A stretch of 64,000 bases of DNA from Bdellovibrionales bacterium (GTDB lineage: Bacteria > Bdellovibrionota > Bdellovibrionia > Bdellovibrionales > UBA1609). The notes under the pieces were generated by a model. The model was not told the origin of the DNA, ran no database searches, and worked only from the letters and a program-made list of their open reading frames with translations. Shown piece by piece: positions 62,250 through 64,000 of the stretch (position 1 is the stretch's first letter; each line of letters opens with the position of its first letter). The position numbers were made by a program, and so were the translations under genes. Where the stretch lies: contig OZ241329.1 in the NCBI GenBank assembly GCA_965199825.1, forward strand, positions 288,001 to 352,000. Direction: 5' to 3'.

Positions 62250-63323
62250 TTAGGGTGTGGGACGTGTTTGTTGTGCTGCTGCGGGTGCGGCAGGTACTGC
62301 CATTGGCGCTGGTTTTTGAGGATTATTTGGATCCCAACCTGCAGGAGGCCATCCATCAATCTTCATTCCCAAAGACAAACCCATTGTCGACAAAATTTCT
62401 TTAATTTCATTCAACGATTTGCGACCGAAATTCTTGGTTTTCAACATTTCGGCTTCAGATCGGCAAACGAGTTCACCAATGTAGCGAATGTTTGCATTTT
62501 TTAAGCAATTTGCAGAACGCACCGAAAGCTCAAGATCATCCACCGAACGAAAAAGATTTTCGTTCAACTGGGGAGATTTTGTTTCTTCCTCTTCGTGCAT
62601 GGGCTCCATGCTCTCGTCGAAAGTCAAAAACACCTGAAGTTGTTCTTTTAAGATTTTTGATCCCAAAGAAATCGATTCTTCTGGCCGAAGCGAACCATCA
62701 GTCCAAATCTCAATCGTTAAAGCATCATAATCGGTTCTTTGAGCCACTCGTGCTTGAGAAACATTGTAGTTCACCCGTCGAATTGGACTGTGCAATGCAT
62801 CCACCGCAATGTAACCAATCGGTAAACTTTTTGATTGCGTACTTGCTTCCATGTAACCACGGCCAAAGCTCACAATTAACTCGACATCAAACCGACCTTC
62901 GCGACCCAAAGTTGCGATATGTTGATCCGGATTTAATACCTCAACATTATCTGTCAGTTGAATATCGGCAGCCGTGATAGGGCCAGCACCTTGCTTAGCG
63001 ATGCGAAGAGTTTTTGGTTCAGAATCATGTTGTTTAAAACGAATCTCTTTAAGATTTAAAATAATATCCGTCACGTCTTCAAGAACGTCAGGAATTGTGC
63101 TGAACTCATGGAGTACGCCTTCAAACTTCACCGCACTCACGGCAGAACCCATCATTGAACTCAAAAGAATTCGACGAAGAGAGTTACCAAGAGTAACGCC
63201 AAAACCTCTTTCCAAAGGTCGAACGTGAAATTTGCCGTAACGATCGGTGAGACTTTCTTTCTCAACTTCAAAGCCCTTTGGCTTAATCAGATCGCGCCAG
63301 AATTTGTAGTAGTGGGGCTGCAT
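62250..63323 (-). CDS. rpoA: RNA polymerase alpha subunit
   Basis: [32 protein letters not shown] and NFGRKSL motifs. Confidence 0.98.
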   Translation of the reverse strand: MQPHYYKFWRDLIKPKGFEVEKESLTDRYGKFHVRPLERGFGVTLGNSLRRILLSSMMGSAVSAVKFEGVLHEFSTIPDVLEDVTDIILNLKEIRFKQHDSEPKTLRIAKQGAGPITAADIQLTDNVEVLNPDQHIATLGREGRFDVELIVSFGRGYMEASTQSKSLPIGYIAVDALHSPIRRVNYNVSQARVAQRTDYDALTIEIWTDGSLRPEESISLGSKILKEQLQVFLTFDESMEPMHEEEETKSPQLNENLFRSVDDLELSVRSANCLKNANIRYIGELVCRSEAEMLKTKNFGRKSLNEIKEILSTMGLSLGMKIDGWPPAGWDPNNPQKPAPMAVPAAPAAAQQTRPTP

Positions 63324-63371
63324 ACTTAATTCTCCCACAGAGAACCTCGCTTCATTTTAGGGATTAAAAAA

Positions 63372-63770
63372 TTAAATTCTTCTTCGTTTTGGTGCACGGC
63401 AACCGTTGTGAGGTACCGGTGTAACATCTTTAAGAGTGGACACTCTCAGTCCCGCGGCTGCTAAAGCGCGAATGGCAGGCTCACGTCCTGCCCCAGGTCC
63501 ACTTAACCAAACATCAACACTTTTCATTCCATTTTCGAGAGCTTTTTTTGCAGCATCTTCAGCCGCAACCTGCGCCGCAAATGGAGTTCCCTTACGACTA
63601 CCTTTAAAACCTAACATTCCAGCAGACGACCAACAGACCGTGTTGCCATTGACATCTGTCATGGTCACGATAGTGTTCCCAAATCCAGCTTGGATGTAGC
63701 ATTTGCCGGTAGGCACGTTTTTCTTTGATTTTTTCTTGGTTGGCTTTGAGCCCGATTCTGGTTGCTTCAC
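63372..63770 (-). CDS. rpsK: 30S ribosomal protein S11
   Basis: [14 protein letters not shown] and [17 protein letters not shown] motifs. Confidence 0.98.
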   Translation of the reverse strand: MKQPESGSKPTKKKSKKNVPTGKCYIQAGFGNTIVTMTDVNGNTVCWSSAGMLGFKGSRKGTPFAAQVAAEDAAKKALENGMKSVDVWLSGPGAGREPAIRALAAAGLRVSTLKDVTPVPHNGCRAPKRRRI

Positions 63771-63790
63771 TCTACAAAACTCCTAAAAAA

Positions 63791-64000
63791 TTAAACAGCC
63801 ATTTTTTTGTTGGCAACAGTTTTACGAGGTCCTTTACGGGTTCTCGAATTCGATCGAGTCCGTTGTCCTCTTACAGGTAAACCTTTTTTGTGTCGCAATC
63901 CACGATAGCAACCCAAATCCATCAAACGCTTGATGGACATTCCGACTTCCCGGCGCAGATCACCTTCAACTTTAAAACTTTTTTCGATGATGGCTCGGAT
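63791..64000 (-). CDS. rpsM: 30S ribosomal protein S13 (3' part; cut by the window edge)
   Basis: The minus strand reads [59 protein letters not shown]. Confidence 0.96.
   Translation of the reverse strand: MRAIIEKSFKVEGDLRREVGMSIKRLMDLGCYRGLRHKKGLPVRGQRTRSNSRTRKGPRKTVANKKMAV

Noticed and set aside
1477..63699. Many 60-160 aa ORFs antisense or out of frame within longer genes
   Set aside because: They shadow well-supported CDSs and show no family motifs.
1..64000. CRISPR array, rRNA or tRNA genes
   Set aside because: No regularly spaced 25-45 bp repeats, cas genes or recognisable structural RNA signatures were seen by eye.

Overview
This 64 kb window is most likely from a Bdellovibrionota (Bdellovibrio-like) chromosome, judged from the RpoA sequence style and the many secreted, Cys-rich hypothetical proteins. 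It has three parts. (1) Bases 1-14.6 kb form an accessory region: an exported ankyrin protein, an M32 carboxypeptidase, a class I glutamine amidotransferase, secreted proteins (a trypsin-like protease and an NlpC/P60-like amidase with a partner gene), a dnaE2 remnant, a tandem array of three paralogous ~90 aa immunity-like genes (two still preceded by decayed toxin C-termini resembling NAD+ glycohydrolases), and a RAYT-type HUH transposase with a 4-copy AATGACANTGCCCC motif. (2) Bases 14.6-61.2 kb form a very compact, strand-alternating O-antigen/surface polysaccharide region: manC, a DegT aminotransferase, waaL, wecB, gmd/rmd, scattered rfbABCD, many glycosyltransferases, two CapK-like adenylate-forming enzymes, AlgI/AlgJ-like acetylation genes, galE, wzm/wzt and a WcaJ-like transferase. 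It includes a GT2 gene split by a ~6 kb insertion and an embedded B12 methionine synthase module (MTHFR fused to a Cys-less homocysteine methyltransferase domain, a RamA-like activator, and MetH without its AdoMet domain). (3) The window ends in the alpha operon, rpsM-rpsK-rpoA-rplQ, with no rpsD. No rRNA, tRNA or CRISPR array was seen. All family calls come from motif recognition by eye, not from database searches.
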